Shown here: positions 48,248 through 57,870 of the stretch, one piece after another | Layout of the letters: every line of letters begins with the position of its first letter | Position numbering within the stretch: position 1 is the first letter of the stretch | Assembly: GCA_964505065.1 (NCBI GenBank) | Contig: CAZDGF010000003.1 | Location: 12,320 to 76,319, forward strand | Direction: 5' to 3' | Origin: an uncultured Chitinophaga sp. | GTDB lineage: Bacteria; Bacteroidota; Bacteroidia; NS11-12g; UBA955 | Length of the DNA stretch: 64,000 bases | Position numbers and translations under genes: made by a program | Notes under the pieces: generated by a model | What the model was told of the DNA's origin: nothing | Seen by the model: the letters and a program-made list of their open reading frames with translations, nothing else | Databases searched by the model: none

Positions 48248-48757
48248 TTACAAAACTCGTTCTTGTAAACGCTCCAAGTAGCGCCATTGTAAAACAGATT
48301 CTTTGGCTTTTTCCCATTGCTCTGTATTGGCTAAAATAGGCAGTTGCACTTGTATTTCATTTTGCATTTTTTTAATTTTATGTTGTAAAGAAAGTGCTAA
48401 TTCCTTTTTATTTTCTTCAAATTCCAATGCATCTATCTCTTCATTCAATGCCATCATTTCCATTAAGAATGCTTGGGGCAAGCCAGCGTTTTCTGAAATA
48501 GCAATTTGCTTTAATTCTAAAATATATTGCATTCTTTTTATCGAATTATTCAATACTTTAAAGGCTTTGTTATTATATGCCGATATTTCTAATGCTTTGC
48601 TTTGGGCTTGGGTATCTAATGTAAAAAAATCGGGATGGTATTGCTTAGCGTAATTATAAAACTTCGCTTTTAATTCATCTGCATTGAGATTAAAACTGAT
48701 AGGGAATTCGTAAAAAACAAAATAATTGGCTGTATTGGGCCAATGCAAAGCCGCCAT
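48248..48757 (-). CDS. hscB: J-domain co-chaperone, HscB-like
   Basis: NYFVFYEFPISFNLNADELKAKFYNYAKQYHPDFF (J domain with HPD) plus a C-terminal helical domain. The start overlaps the rseP stop by 1 nt (TAATG). Confidence 0.6.
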   Translation of the reverse strand: MAALHWPNTANYFVFYEFPISFNLNADELKAKFYNYAKQYHPDFFTLDTQAQSKALEISAYNNKAFKVLNNSIKRMQYILELKQIAISENAGLPQAFLMEMMALNEEIDALEFEENKKELALSLQHKIKKMQNEIQVQLPILANTEQWEKAKESVLQWRYLERLQERVL

Positions 48758-50085
48758 TATTTTTTAATAAATAAATTGTAAATATCGTTACCAAACGTAA
48801 ATACAATAAGCGATAGCACAATTACAAAACCTACCACTTGCATAGCCTGCATAAACTTATCACTTAATGGACGTCTGATAATCATTTCTACCAATAAAAA
48901 TAAAACGTGTCCGCCATCTAAAGCAGGTATGGGCAATAGGTTCATAAAGGCTAAGCCTAAAGATAAAATACCTGTAAGCATCCAAAACCTTCGCCAATGC
49001 CACTCGCCACCATAAAATGTAGCAATACGCAATGTGCCACTCATATTGGTAGCTTTTATTTTGCCAGATATTAAGCCTTTAATACTGTAATAATTATTCT
49101 TAATTGCCTCTACAGATTTATGTGTTCCTAAAGCTATAGATTCTCCAAAGCCATAGTTTAAACGCACTCTGTCTTTTTCGTAAATATCTGCCGCACCAAA
49201 TCCAAATTTTGCTTCTTTATCTAAAGTAAAAGTAAGTGTTTGGGTATCATTGGTATTTCTTAATACTTTTACTTCCACTTTTTTATTGGCATAATGTATA
49301 GTACGCATCATTAAATCTTGATGGTATAATACTGGTGTATCATTCAGTGCTATAATTTGGTCGCCCACTTTTAAACCGCCTTTCATTGCTATAGAATTTG
49401 GTAAAACTGTATCTACAACACTTATTAAAGCTTCGTCAAAAAAGCCCATTTTTTTATCCGATAATCTATTGATTATATCTTTAGGCAAAGGCACTTCAAG
49501 TTTTTCGCCATTTCTATCTACATTGTAATAATTATTATCTTTTAAAAAAATACTCATATTGCGTGTATCTTCAAAATACTGAATATTTTTACCATTTATG
49601 CCTGTAATTTTATCTCCTGTTTTTAAGCCTATACCTTTTGCGCCATTTTCAGCATAAATACCGTATTTTAGTTTATCTACTGGCATTTTTGTTTCGCCAT
49701 AATACCACATGCAGCCAATGTAAATTATTAAACCTAAAATAACATTTACAATAATACCGCCAAGCATAACAATAAGGCGTTGCCAAGCTGGCTTGCTTCT
49801 GAACTCCCAAGGCTCGGCAGGTTTTTTCATTTGCTCGGTATCCATACTTTCGTCTATCATACCTGCTATTTTTACATAGCCGCCCAATGGAAGCCAGCCA
49901 ATACCATATTCGGTATCGCCTTTTTTAAATTTAAACAATTTAAAACCCCAAGCATCAAAAAATAAATAAAATTTTTCTACCTTAATGCCAAATATTCTGG
50001 CAGCGGTGTAGTGTCCTAATTCGTGCAGGGTTACCAATATTGCCAATGCTAATACAAATTGGCCTATCATTATGATTGTAGTCAT
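48757..50085 (-). CDS. rseP: RIP site-2 metalloprotease RseP
   Basis: HELGH in TM1, PDZ domains, NLLPIPALDGGH motif. Confidence 0.9.
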   Translation of the reverse strand: MTTIIMIGQFVLALAILVTLHELGHYTAARIFGIKVEKFYLFFDAWGFKLFKFKKGDTEYGIGWLPLGGYVKIAGMIDESMDTEQMKKPAEPWEFRSKPAWQRLIVMLGGIIVNVILGLIIYIGCMWYYGETKMPVDKLKYGIYAENGAKGIGLKTGDKITGINGKNIQYFEDTRNMSIFLKDNNYYNVDRNGEKLEVPLPKDIINRLSDKKMGFFDEALISVVDTVLPNSIAMKGGLKVGDQIIALNDTPVLYHQDLMMRTIHYANKKVEVKVLRNTNDTQTLTFTLDKEAKFGFGAADIYEKDRVRLNYGFGESIALGTHKSVEAIKNNYYSIKGLISGKIKATNMSGTLRIATFYGGEWHWRRFWMLTGILSLGLAFMNLLPIPALDGGHVLFLLVEMIIRRPLSDKFMQAMQVVGFVIVLSLIVFTFGNDIYNLFIKK

Positions 50086-50211
50086 CTATTATTTAAAAAT
50101 AAGGTGCGAAAATAGGCTTTTAATGTTAAACCCTAAAATGGCTTTTCGTTAAAAATGAGGCATTGAACGAAATATGTATTTATAAATATCTATTTTAAAC
50201 TTAAGATTGAG

Positions 50212-50219
50212 TAAATTTG
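50212..50219 (+). promoter_or_regulatory. candidate -7 box (TAAATTTG) for dps
   Basis: Exact TAnnTTTG, 5 nt before the ATG at 50225, which implies a leaderless mRNA. It also argues against the TTG start at 50207. Confidence 0.3.
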
Positions 50220-50224
50220 CAGCT

Positions 50225-50701
50225 ATGAAACAATTAAACACCATTGGATTAGAAACCGTAGCCTGCAAACAAATAGCCGAAAAACTGAATGTATTACTGG
50301 CAAATTATCAGTTGTTTTATATCAATACCCGTGGTTTTCATTGGAATATAAGTGGCGATAAATTTTTTGAATTGCATGTAAAATTTGAAGAGCTTTATAA
50401 CGATGCATTGCTTAAAGTAGATGAAATAGCCGAACGTATTTTAACTCTTGGCGAAGTACCTTTGCATGCTTATAAAGATTATTTGAAAATAGCAGAAATT
50501 AAAGCTGCAACAAATATTAGCGAAGGTAAAAAAGCCATTCAAAATATTTTGGAAAGTTTTGGCATTTTAATAGCAGTAGAAAGAGAAATATTAAAGATTA
50601 GCGATAAAGCCAATGATGAAGGTACAAATGCTATGATGAGCGATTACATTCGTGAGCAAGAAAAGTTGGTATGGATGTATAGAGCAGCTTTGGGGAAATA
50701 G
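50225..50701 (+). CDS. dps: Dps family DNA-protection/ferritin-like protein
   Basis: HWNISGDKFFELHVKFEELYN ferroxidase-site helix pattern. 158 aa from the ATG at 50225. Confidence 0.85.
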   Translation: MKQLNTIGLETVACKQIAEKLNVLLANYQLFYINTRGFHWNISGDKFFELHVKFEELYNDALLKVDEIAERILTLGEVPLHAYKDYLKIAEIKAATNISEGKKAIQNILESFGILIAVEREILKISDKANDEGTNAMMSDYIREQEKLVWMYRAALGK

Positions 50702-50763
50702 GTTTTTGTTAATTCGAGAAAAAAAGTTTTAAAATTTTAATACAAGTAAACTAAATTTAAAAA

Positions 50764-51381
50764 ATGAACCCAATAGGAATTGTTTTTGGTATTTTTTTTC
50801 TAATAAGTAATGAACAAGATTGTAATTTGAATACTAAAGAGTATAGTAATTTTGCTGTAAAATTAAATGACAGTGCAATAAATTTACTAAATAATATTGA
50901 ATCTGATACAACAATATATAAAATATCTTCGCTTTTAGATAGTTCATTATTAATTCAACCAAATTATTACCCAGCTCAATTCAACAAACTTACAATAGAT
51001 TTAATTTTGGGAAAAAGAATCAATTCAATTTCAATATTAAGAAAACTTGAACTTGAAAAACCGATGAATCCAGATATAAAACTTATGTTGGGAATTTTAT
51101 TTTTAACAACAGAAGACTCAAGTTTTTCTAAAATTAAGTTAGAAGATGCAAAATCTTTATACAAAAAAGAAATAATTAACTCTGTAGGCAATAATTGCAA
51201 AATGAATATTTTACACCAAAATTATGCTATATGCCTTAAAATGCTGGGTAACGACCTTGAATCAAATAAAACTTTAAATTCCCTGACTTATAAAGACAAT
51301 AAAATCTTAAAAGATATTGTTGAATTACTATTAAATTCAAAAGGGTTAGATTTAGTAAATGGTTTAAGCAAAGCAAGGTAA
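50764..51381 (+). CDS. hypothetical protein, helical/TPR-like, strongly AT-rich gene
   Basis: Long ORF with no recognisable family. G+C counted in three 60-nt lines (50761-50940) is 14, 14 and 11. Confidence 0.45.
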   Translation: MNPIGIVFGIFFLISNEQDCNLNTKEYSNFAVKLNDSAINLLNNIESDTTIYKISSLLDSSLLIQPNYYPAQFNKLTIDLILGKRINSISILRKLELEKPMNPDIKLMLGILFLTTEDSSFSKIKLEDAKSLYKKEIINSVGNNCKMNILHQNYAICLKMLGNDLESNKTLNSLTYKDNKILKDIVELLLNSKGLDLVNGLSKAR

Positions 51382-51447
51382 TGCACTTTTTGATACTTTT
51401 TAATAGAGTAATTACTTTGAAATTTTTGTATCATTAAATTTATTTTT

Positions 51448-52065
51448 TTAACTCTCAATAATCTCCACTTTGCTAATACCGCTTATACGGTATTCCTTAT
51501 TGCTTGGCTGCTCAAAACACTGATACCAACTGCGTAATTTTTTGCCTTTTTTAAATGTTCTGCCTGTATCTAATTTAAATAAAGAGCCAATAGGAATTTG
51601 TTCAAGCAGAGGTTTTGAATCTTTATCATACTTTGCCAATACTTTCATCAATTCTGCATCACTACAACTGCTAGCAGCAGGATCGTTCATGTATTGCTTT
51701 AGGGCTTGTTGTATATCATTTGGTAAATTATGTTCATGAACAATGGGTGCAAGTAATAATTTAAACTCTTCTTTCCATTCTTTACCATGAGGTTCTATGC
51801 GGTTTCTAAATTTTTCAAATGCCACTAAATGTGCCACTTCGTGCAAAAATGTGGTAAGAAATGAATATGGATTCAAATCGGTATTGATTGATATTCTATG
51901 AAAATTATCTTGCCTGTGTGGTGCTCTATAATCGCCAAATTTACTGCTGCGAGGTTTACTCAATTTCAACTGAATTTTATATTGCACCATCAGTTCAACA
52001 GCATAAAGTGCCGTTCCTTCGGGTAATTTTTTGCTTATTTTTTCAGCTAATTCTGCTTTTGTCAT
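51448..52065 (-). CDS. SprT-like zinc metallopeptidase domain protein
   Basis: HEVAHLV zinc motif in a roughly 200-aa protein. Confidence 0.6.
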   Translation of the reverse strand: MTKAELAEKISKKLPEGTALYAVELMVQYKIQLKLSKPRSSKFGDYRAPHRQDNFHRISINTDLNPYSFLTTFLHEVAHLVAFEKFRNRIEPHGKEWKEEFKLLLAPIVHEHNLPNDIQQALKQYMNDPAASSCSDAELMKVLAKYDKDSKPLLEQIPIGSLFKLDTGRTFKKGKKLRSWYQCFEQPSNKEYRISGISKVEIIES

Positions 52066-52080
52066 TATCCTATCCCTAAA

Positions 52081-52119
52081 TCCCTTCTATTGCTTCGACA
52101 AGCTCAGCAACCGAAGGGA
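52081..52119. repeat. GAGCTTGTCGAA-family unit inside a TCCCTTC/GAAGGGA hairpin
   Basis: TTCGACAAGCTCA at 52094-52106. Flanking 7-bp inverted repeat at 52081-52087 / 52113-52119. Confidence 0.55.
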
Positions 52120-52272
52120 CTTTTGGCTTCGATTTAAATTTTTTTTTTCATTAAGCTTACGCATAATGCTTATTATGTTTCGCTGCTACGCAGCTTTGCT
52201 TTTCTACTGCTAATTAATATTTTACCAAATGCCAACCTCAAAATTTGCCAACTAACCTCTTTGCTAACTTAA

Positions 52273-52848
52273 TTACTCTGCTTTTACAAACTCATTATAA
52301 ACCTCCTCTACTTCTTTATACCATTCTTCTCCAAATTTTCTAATTAATGGCTCTTTTAAAAAACTAAAAACTGATACATTCAATTGATTGCCCAAACTGC
52401 ATGCAGCTTTGCAAATATCCCATTCATGGTAATTTACGCTTTCAAAGCTGCCTATTGTGCCTAATCTTATAGGATACAAATGGCAGCTAATGGGTTTGTA
52501 AAAATCTGAAACTCCTGCTTTGTAGGCTTTTTCCATAGCGCAACCCAACGTGCCATTTTCATTGTAAACAAATACGCATTCGCCTGTGGGCAGGCATGTA
52601 GTGGCATAATCGTTTATTTCTTCGCCTTCATGGTAGCCTTCGGTTTCAAGTAATTGTCTTCCTTGCTCACTCATAAAAGGCTTTATGGCTTCAATGTTTT
52701 TGTGAATAAATGCTATTTCGGTTTTTTCCAATGGCGCACCTCTATCACCCTCAATACAACAAGCGCCTTTGCATTTTTCCAAATGGCAAACAAAATTGGT
52801 TGAAAAAATTTCGGTAGAAATTAAGGTATTTTCAACTTCTAATATCAT
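52273..52848 (-). CDS. DUF3109 family Cys-rich protein
   Basis: N-terminal [22 protein letters not shown] matches the DUF3109 signature. 4-nt overlap with purE. Confidence 0.65.
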   Translation of the reverse strand: MILEVENTLISTEIFSTNFVCHLEKCKGACCIEGDRGAPLEKTEIAFIHKNIEAIKPFMSEQGRQLLETEGYHEGEEINDYATTCLPTGECVFVYNENGTLGCAMEKAYKAGVSDFYKPISCHLYPIRLGTIGSFESVNYHEWDICKAACSLGNQLNVSVFSFLKEPLIRKFGEEWYKEVEEVYNEFVKAE

Positions 52849-53357
52849 TTGCTTTCTATATAAGCTGTATAACCCAAGTTTTCTAATTTTTCAGCTTTAT
52901 CTAACACTTGTTGTTCTAAATTTTGCATATAATTTTCTATTACCTGCCAAAGTTCTGGCTTGGCATTGGCAATAATTTTAGCAGCAAACAAACCTGCATT
53001 TTTAGCCCCATTTATAGCCATAGTAGCCACAGGAATACCTGGAGGCATTTGTACAATACTATACAAGGAATCTACACCAGAAAGATTAGATGATTTTACA
53101 GGCACACCAATAACAGGCAAAGGTGAAATACTTGCAGCCATGCCAGGTAAATGTGCAGCACCACCCGCACCAGCTATAATACATTTGTAGCCGTTGCTTT
53201 TAGCAGCTTTAGCCTCATCAAACAAGCGTTGCGGTGTGCGATGTGCGCTTACAATGGTTAAATGATAAGAAATTCCCATTTCATCGAGCACTTGGGCAGC
53301 TTCTTTCATTACTGGTAAATCGCTATCCGAACCCATTATAATTAATACGTCTTTCAT
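52845..53357 (-). CDS. purE: 5-(carboxyamino)imidazole ribonucleotide mutase
   Basis: [27 protein letters not shown] motifs. Confidence 0.95.
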   Translation of the reverse strand: MKDVLIIMGSDSDLPVMKEAAQVLDEMGISYHLTIVSAHRTPQRLFDEAKAAKSNGYKCIIAGAGGAAHLPGMAASISPLPVIGVPVKSSNLSGVDSLYSIVQMPPGIPVATMAINGAKNAGLFAAKIIANAKPELWQVIENYMQNLEQQVLDKAEKLENLGYTAYIESK

Positions 53358-53402
53358 ATTTTTATTGTTGCTTGCAAAAGTAATAACAATAATATGATAA
53401 AT

Positions 53403-53711
53403 CTACAATGGGTCGGCTACAATTCTAAAATTAAGCTTTATAAAATATTCCATTTTATGAGGTCGGGCTCTGCGCTTGCGAAATTTGGCAACAAATTGAA
53501 ATGTTTCTTGTTTTAAATATTCTTTCAATTCTACATTAGTCATATCCATGTTCAATATTTTTATTCTTTTATCGGGTATATTTAGTTTAAAAGCTACATT
53601 CTCTTGCCCAATACCAGGTTTAATAATATCTAAATACATATCTGTTAAATCTTTAAAATTAGCATATTTAGTACTATCAGCATAATTATAATCTAAAGTT
53701 TGTAACGTCAT
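53403..53711 (-). CDS. hypothetical protein (102 aa) upstream of purE
   Basis: ORF only. Same strand as purE and 45 nt upstream of it. No family recognised. Confidence 0.4.
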   Translation of the reverse strand: MTLQTLDYNYADSTKYANFKDLTDMYLDIIKPGIGQENVAFKLNIPDKRIKILNMDMTNVELKEYLKQETFQFVAKFRKRRARPHKMEYFIKLNFRIVADPL

Positions 53712-53761
53712 ACTTGTAAGTTTTGCAGATTTTATTAAACTTTTATTGGTATTGTTATCCT

Positions 53762-53867
53762 CTGGTTGGAGTGTAGCATAGCCCTGTGCGGCTGCCTCCA
53801 GCCAGCAAAAAGGCTAAAGCCGTACCACTTCTCGATATCCCGCACCTGCGGGATTACTCGAAGTGAC
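53762..53867. repeat. GC-rich structured island: long hairpin plus a GTCACTTCGAG-type REP unit, immediately 3' of the SOD gene
   Basis: CTGGTTGGAG (53762-53771) pairs with CTCCAGCCAG (53796-53805) at 9 of 10 positions. 53826-53867 is CACTTCTCGATATCCCGCACCTGCGGGATTACTCGAAGTGAC. Confidence 0.6.
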
Positions 53868-53872
53868 GTTAA

Positions 53873-54484
53873 TTACAAAGCCCCCTCAAACTTCGCACCC
53901 ACCACTTCCCAATTTATAATTTCGTAAAAGGCATTGATGTAATCGGGTCTGCGGTTTTGGTAGTTTAGGTAATAGGCATGTTCCCATACATCTAAACCCA
54001 ATATTGGTGTGCCACATTTTACACCTTCAATATCCATTAGTGGGTTGTCTTGGTTGGCGGTGCTACATATACAAAGTTTGCCATTGTTTACAAAAAGCCA
54101 AGCCCAGCCGCTGCCAAAACGTGTGGTAGCTGCTTTGGTAAATTCTTCTTTAAATTTTTCTAATCCGCCCAAATCGTTTTGTATAGCAGTAGCCAAAGCA
54201 CCGCTTGGGGCATTTGCTGCATTGGGGGCTTGTATGGTTTCCCAAAAAAGCGAGTGGTTAAAATGTCCGCCACCATTGTTGCGCACAGCTACAGGGTATT
54301 TGCTTATGTTTTTGCAAATATCTTCAATAGCCATAGTCTCCATTTCTGTGCCTGCTGCAGCATTGTTTAGGTTGGTAACATAGGCATTGTGGTGTTTGCT
54401 ATGGTGTATTTCCATTGTTTTGGCATCTATGTTTGGCTCTATAGCATTGTAAGCGTAGGGTAGGGTTGGCAATGTAAATGGCAT
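53873..54484 (-). CDS. Fe/Mn-family superoxide dismutase
   Basis: HHSKHH, metal ligands, and the DVWEHAYYL signature. Confidence 0.95.
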   Translation of the reverse strand: MPFTLPTLPYAYNAIEPNIDAKTMEIHHSKHHNAYVTNLNNAAAGTEMETMAIEDICKNISKYPVAVRNNGGGHFNHSLFWETIQAPNAANAPSGALATAIQNDLGGLEKFKEEFTKAATTRFGSGWAWLFVNNGKLCICSTANQDNPLMDIEGVKCGTPILGLDVWEHAYYLNYQNRRPDYINAFYEIINWEVVGAKFEGAL

Positions 54485-54517
54485 AATATTTATTGTTTTT
54501 TATTAATTTTTGTAGGG

Positions 54518-54525
54518 CAAAATTA
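54518..54525 (-). promoter_or_regulatory. candidate -7 box (TAATTTTG on the minus strand) for the SOD gene
   Basis: Exact TAnnTTTG, 33 nt upstream of the ATG at 54484. Confidence 0.4.
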
Positions 54526-54620
54526 GGCACTTGCACCCAAATAAAAAGCATGTAATTAGAATATCTTTATAATTAATTTTTATACTTATAAATTTAACCA
54601 TTAAGTTCAAAAAAAATGAA

Positions 54621-54628
54621 TATTTTTG
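54621..54628 (+). promoter_or_regulatory. candidate -7 box (TATTTTTG) for icd
   Basis: Exact TAnnTTTG, 15 nt upstream of the ATG at 54644. Confidence 0.4.
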
Positions 54629-54643
54629 CACCACTTTAAAAAA

Positions 54644-56092
54644 ATGGAAACCAATAGAATTACAATAGCCTATGGCGATGGCATAGGACCAGAAATAATG
54701 CAAGCAACGCTTGATATTTTAAATGCAGCTGGTGCAAATTTAGAATACGATGAAATAAAAATAGGCGAAAAAGTATATCTCTCTGGTAGTAAAACAGGCA
54801 TTTCCGAAAGCGATTGGGATACCTTAGAGCGCAACAAAATATTTTTAAAAGCCCCTATCACAACGCCACAAGGTGGTGGTTTTTCGAGCTTAAACGTAGC
54901 TATTCGCAAAACATTGGGCTTATATGCCAATATCCGCCCATGTGTTAGTTATTCGCCTGTGGTAGAAACCAATTTTCCTAAAATGGACTTGGTAATTGTT
55001 AGAGAAAATGAGGAAGATTTATATGCAGGTATTGAGCATCAGCAAACAGATGAGGTAATACAATGCCTTAAACTGCTTTCTGTAGAAGGAAGCGAAAAAA
55101 TTATCCGTTATGCCTTTGAGTATGCCAAAGCCAATAACCGAAAGCATGTATCGTGTATGAGTAAAGACAATATTATGAAACTAACCGATGGTATGTTTCA
55201 TAAATTATTTGAAAAAATAGCATTGGAATATCCTGATATTAAAAGCGACCATTACATTATTGATATAGGTGCCGCCCGCTTGGCTAACGACCCCGAAAGG
55301 TTTGATGTAATTGTAACCCTAAATCTTTATGGCGATATTATTTCCGATATAGCTGCCGATGTGGCAGGTAGCGTAGGCTTGGGTGGTAGTAGCAATGTTG
55401 GCGAAAATTTTGCCATGTTCGAGGCTATACATGGTTCTGCACCCGATATTGCTGGTATGGATATAGCCAATCCAAGTGGTTTGCTAAATGGTGCTTGTAT
55501 GATGTTGGTGCAAATAGGCAAAGCTGCCATAGCAGAAAAAATACAAAATGCCTTACACAAAACCCTTGAAGACGGCATACACACTGCCGATATTTACGAT
55601 GAAGGCAAAAGCAAACAAAAAGTAGGTACAAAAGCATTTGGACAAGCTTTAATAGAAAGATTAGGGCAAATACCTGTAATACTTAAACCTGTAAAACTAA
55701 ACCATGATGCAAAACCAATTGTAATAAAAACATCACCAAAAATACCATCTGTAAAAACACTAATTGGTATAGATATTTTCTTACAATGGCAGGAAGGCGA
55801 TAGAAACCCACAAGTGTTGGGCGAAATAGTAGAAAAAGCCAATTTGAGAAATTTAAAACTAAAAGTAATTTCTAACAGAGGCGTTGTTGTTTACCCAGGT
55901 GGAAATAAAAGCACCTATTGCACCAACCATTGGCGTTGCAGATTTGTTAGCAACGATACTGTGGTTTTTGCACAAATAATCGGTTTAATAGGCTCACTAC
56001 ATGCATTGGGTTTAGATATTATTAAAAGCGAAAATTTGTATTTATTCGATGGCAAGCCAGGCTATTCGGTAGCTATTGGGCAAGGGATATAG
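54644..56092 (+). CDS. icd: isocitrate dehydrogenase (isocitrate/isopropylmalate dehydrogenase superfamily) with a ~140-aa C-terminal extension
   Basis: ITIAYGDGIGPEIM, SLNVAIRKTLGLYANIRP, NLYGDIISD, GSAPDIAG motifs. ATG at 54644 preferred over the TTG at 54626. Confidence 0.85.
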   Translation: METNRITIAYGDGIGPEIMQATLDILNAAGANLEYDEIKIGEKVYLSGSKTGISESDWDTLERNKIFLKAPITTPQGGGFSSLNVAIRKTLGLYANIRPCVSYSPVVETNFPKMDLVIVRENEEDLYAGIEHQQTDEVIQCLKLLSVEGSEKIIRYAFEYAKANNRKHVSCMSKDNIMKLTDGMFHKLFEKIALEYPDIKSDHYIIDIGAARLANDPERFDVIVTLNLYGDIISDIAADVAGSVGLGGSSNVGENFAMFEAIHGSAPDIAGMDIANPSGLLNGACMMLVQIGKAAIAEKIQNALHKTLEDGIHTADIYDEGKSKQKVGTKAFGQALIERLGQIPVILKPVKLNHDAKPIVIKTSPKIPSVKTLIGIDIFLQWQEGDRNPQVLGEIVEKANLRNLKLKVISNRGVVVYPGGNKSTYCTNHWRCRFVSNDTVVFAQIIGLIGSLHALGLDIIKSENLYLFDGKPGYSVAIGQGI

Positions 56093-56137
56093 GAATTTTT
56101 GATTTGTGGATTTTTGAATTTTGATTTTTGGATACTA

Positions 56138-56194
56138 AACTTGTCGAAGTATGATTTTTTGATTTTTTCGCTCATTGAGCTTGTCGAAATGAGC
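56138..56194. repeat. GAGCTTGTCGAA-family units (one partial, one full within a GCTCATT/AATGAGC hairpin)
   Basis: AACTTGTCGAA at 56138-56148. CATTGAGCTTGTCGAAATGAGC matches the reverse complement of 48219-48240. Confidence 0.55.
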
Positions 56195-56231
56195 TTATCA
56201 AAGCATTTATTTTAAATTATTTTATATAGGT

Positions 56232-56894
56232 ATGTTAGTTCAAGAAATAATTAAAACTTTTACCGCTCATCAAAATACTGAAAATGCAGTAAAAATGAGC
56301 CAATACATGAAAAATCTGTTTCCTTTTTTAGGGTTAAAAAGCCCTGAAAGAAGAGAATTGCAAAATTATGTTCTAAAACAATATCCAATAAAAAAAATAG
56401 AAGATTTAGAAAAAATTGTAGTTCAACTTTTTGATTTAGAAGAAAGAGAATACCAATATTCTGCCATAGATATTTTAATTAAGTATAAAAAACTATGGAC
56501 TTTAGAAACATTAAATTTAATGGAAACTTTGGTGGTAACAAAAAGCTGGTGGGACACGGTAGATATTATAAGTAGCAATTGTATTGGTAAACTATTGGCA
56601 AAAAATGAGAAAATTAGAGAACAAAAAGTAATACAATGGGCTACCTCGCCCAATATGTGGCTGAACAGAGCTGCAATTATTCATCAACTAACTTATAAAC
56701 AAAAAACAGATGCTGAATTACTCAAATTTTGTATCTTAGAACATATTAATTCCAAAGAATTTTTCCATCAAAAAGCCATAGGCTGGGCATTGCGGCAATA
56801 TGCAAAATACAACCAAGTATGGGTAAAAAACTTTGTAAATACCTTTCCTTTAAAGCCATTGAGCAAAAGAGAAGCTTTAAAACATTTGTTGTAA
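56232..56894 (+). CDS. DNA alkylation repair protein (AlkD-like HEAT-repeat family)
   Basis: 220 aa with the family pattern ...SWWDTVD...W......W..R.AI..QL.... and C-terminal AIGWALRQY. Confidence 0.75.
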   Translation: MLVQEIIKTFTAHQNTENAVKMSQYMKNLFPFLGLKSPERRELQNYVLKQYPIKKIEDLEKIVVQLFDLEEREYQYSAIDILIKYKKLWTLETLNLMETLVVTKSWWDTVDIISSNCIGKLLAKNEKIREQKVIQWATSPNMWLNRAAIIHQLTYKQKTDAELLKFCILEHINSKEFFHQKAIGWALRQYAKYNQVWVKNFVNTFPLKPLSKREALKHLL

Positions 56895-57006
56895 CAAGTA
56901 TTTTTTAGCATTAAATTAACATGTAACTATTTGATAATTATATACTTTATGCAAGTATTAATTAAATACATAAAGTTTTATTAGAATAATTCCGAAAAAA
57001 TAGTAT

Positions 57007-57014
57007 TATCTTTG
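57007..57014 (+). promoter_or_regulatory. candidate -7 box (TATCTTTG) for the glycogen-synthase-like gene
   Basis: Exact TAnnTTTG, 24 nt upstream of the ATG at 57039. Confidence 0.4.
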
Positions 57015-57038
57015 TAGTCCACAATAAACACAAATACA

Positions 57039-57851
57039 ATGGCAAATATCAAAAAAAGAATTCTATTCGTATCATCAGAAATGACACCATTCCTTAATGA
57101 ATCACCTGTTTCTACAATTTCTCGTTTTTTACCGCAAGCCATTCAAGAAAAAGACAACGAAATTAGAGTATTAGTACCTCGTTTTGGTGTAATAAATGAA
57201 AGAAGAAACAGATTGCACGAAGTTGTTAGGCTTTCTGGTATCAATATTTCTATTGACGATACAGACAATCCTTTATTAATTAAAGTAGCCTCTATTCAAG
57301 AAGCAAGAATGCAGGTATATTTTTTAGATAACGAAGATTATTTTCACCGTAAATTTATATATACAGACGAAAACAACAAATTTTTTGCAGACAACGATGA
57401 GCGTGTAATTTTCTTTTGTAAAGGTGTTTTAGAAACTGTTAAAAAATTAGGTTGGGCACCCGACATTATACATTGCCAAGGTTGGATGACAAGTTTAATT
57501 CCTGTGTATCTTAAAACCTTATACAAAGATGAGCCAGTATTTAAAAATGCTAAAATTGTATATTCAGTTTTCGACAATGAATTTAAAGACAATTTAGGTA
57601 AAGATTTTGCCAAAAAAGCTACTTTAAACGAAATAGCTGATAAACATTTTGAAACTTATGCCAATGGCACAAACCAAAGCTTACAAATGGGGGCTGCACA
57701 GCATTCTGATGCTGTTGTAAACTGTGCTGTAAAGGTAGAAGCAGAAATGGAAAAACTTATAAAAACAAAACCTAATATGGTACACGATAACGAAAATTTA
57801 GGCGAAGTTTACTCGGCTTTCTACGAAAAATTAATGGCATCTTCAAAATAA
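57039..57851 (+). CDS. short glycogen/starch synthase-like protein (GT5 N-terminal domain only)
   Basis: ILFVSSEMTPF...VPRFG...HCQGWMTSLIPVYLK matches the N-terminal Rossmann half of GlgA. 270 aa with no C-terminal half. Confidence 0.65.
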   Translation: MANIKKRILFVSSEMTPFLNESPVSTISRFLPQAIQEKDNEIRVLVPRFGVINERRNRLHEVVRLSGINISIDDTDNPLLIKVASIQEARMQVYFLDNEDYFHRKFIYTDENNKFFADNDERVIFFCKGVLETVKKLGWAPDIIHCQGWMTSLIPVYLKTLYKDEPVFKNAKIVYSVFDNEFKDNLGKDFAKKATLNEIADKHFETYANGTNQSLQMGAAQHSDAVVNCAVKVEAEMEKLIKTKPNMVHDNENLGEVYSAFYEKLMASSK

Positions 57852-57870
57852 TGCCGTATTTCGCAGAGTA

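Noticed and set aside
56093-56170. T/G-rich run with repeated GATTTTTG-like words and one TGTGGAT, considered as DnaA boxes / an origin
   Set aside because: There is only a single imperfect DnaA-box-like word, no cluster, no adjacent dnaA/dnaN and no AT-rich unwinding-element arrangement. It looks like low-complexity DNA attached to the GAGCTTGTCGAA repeat.
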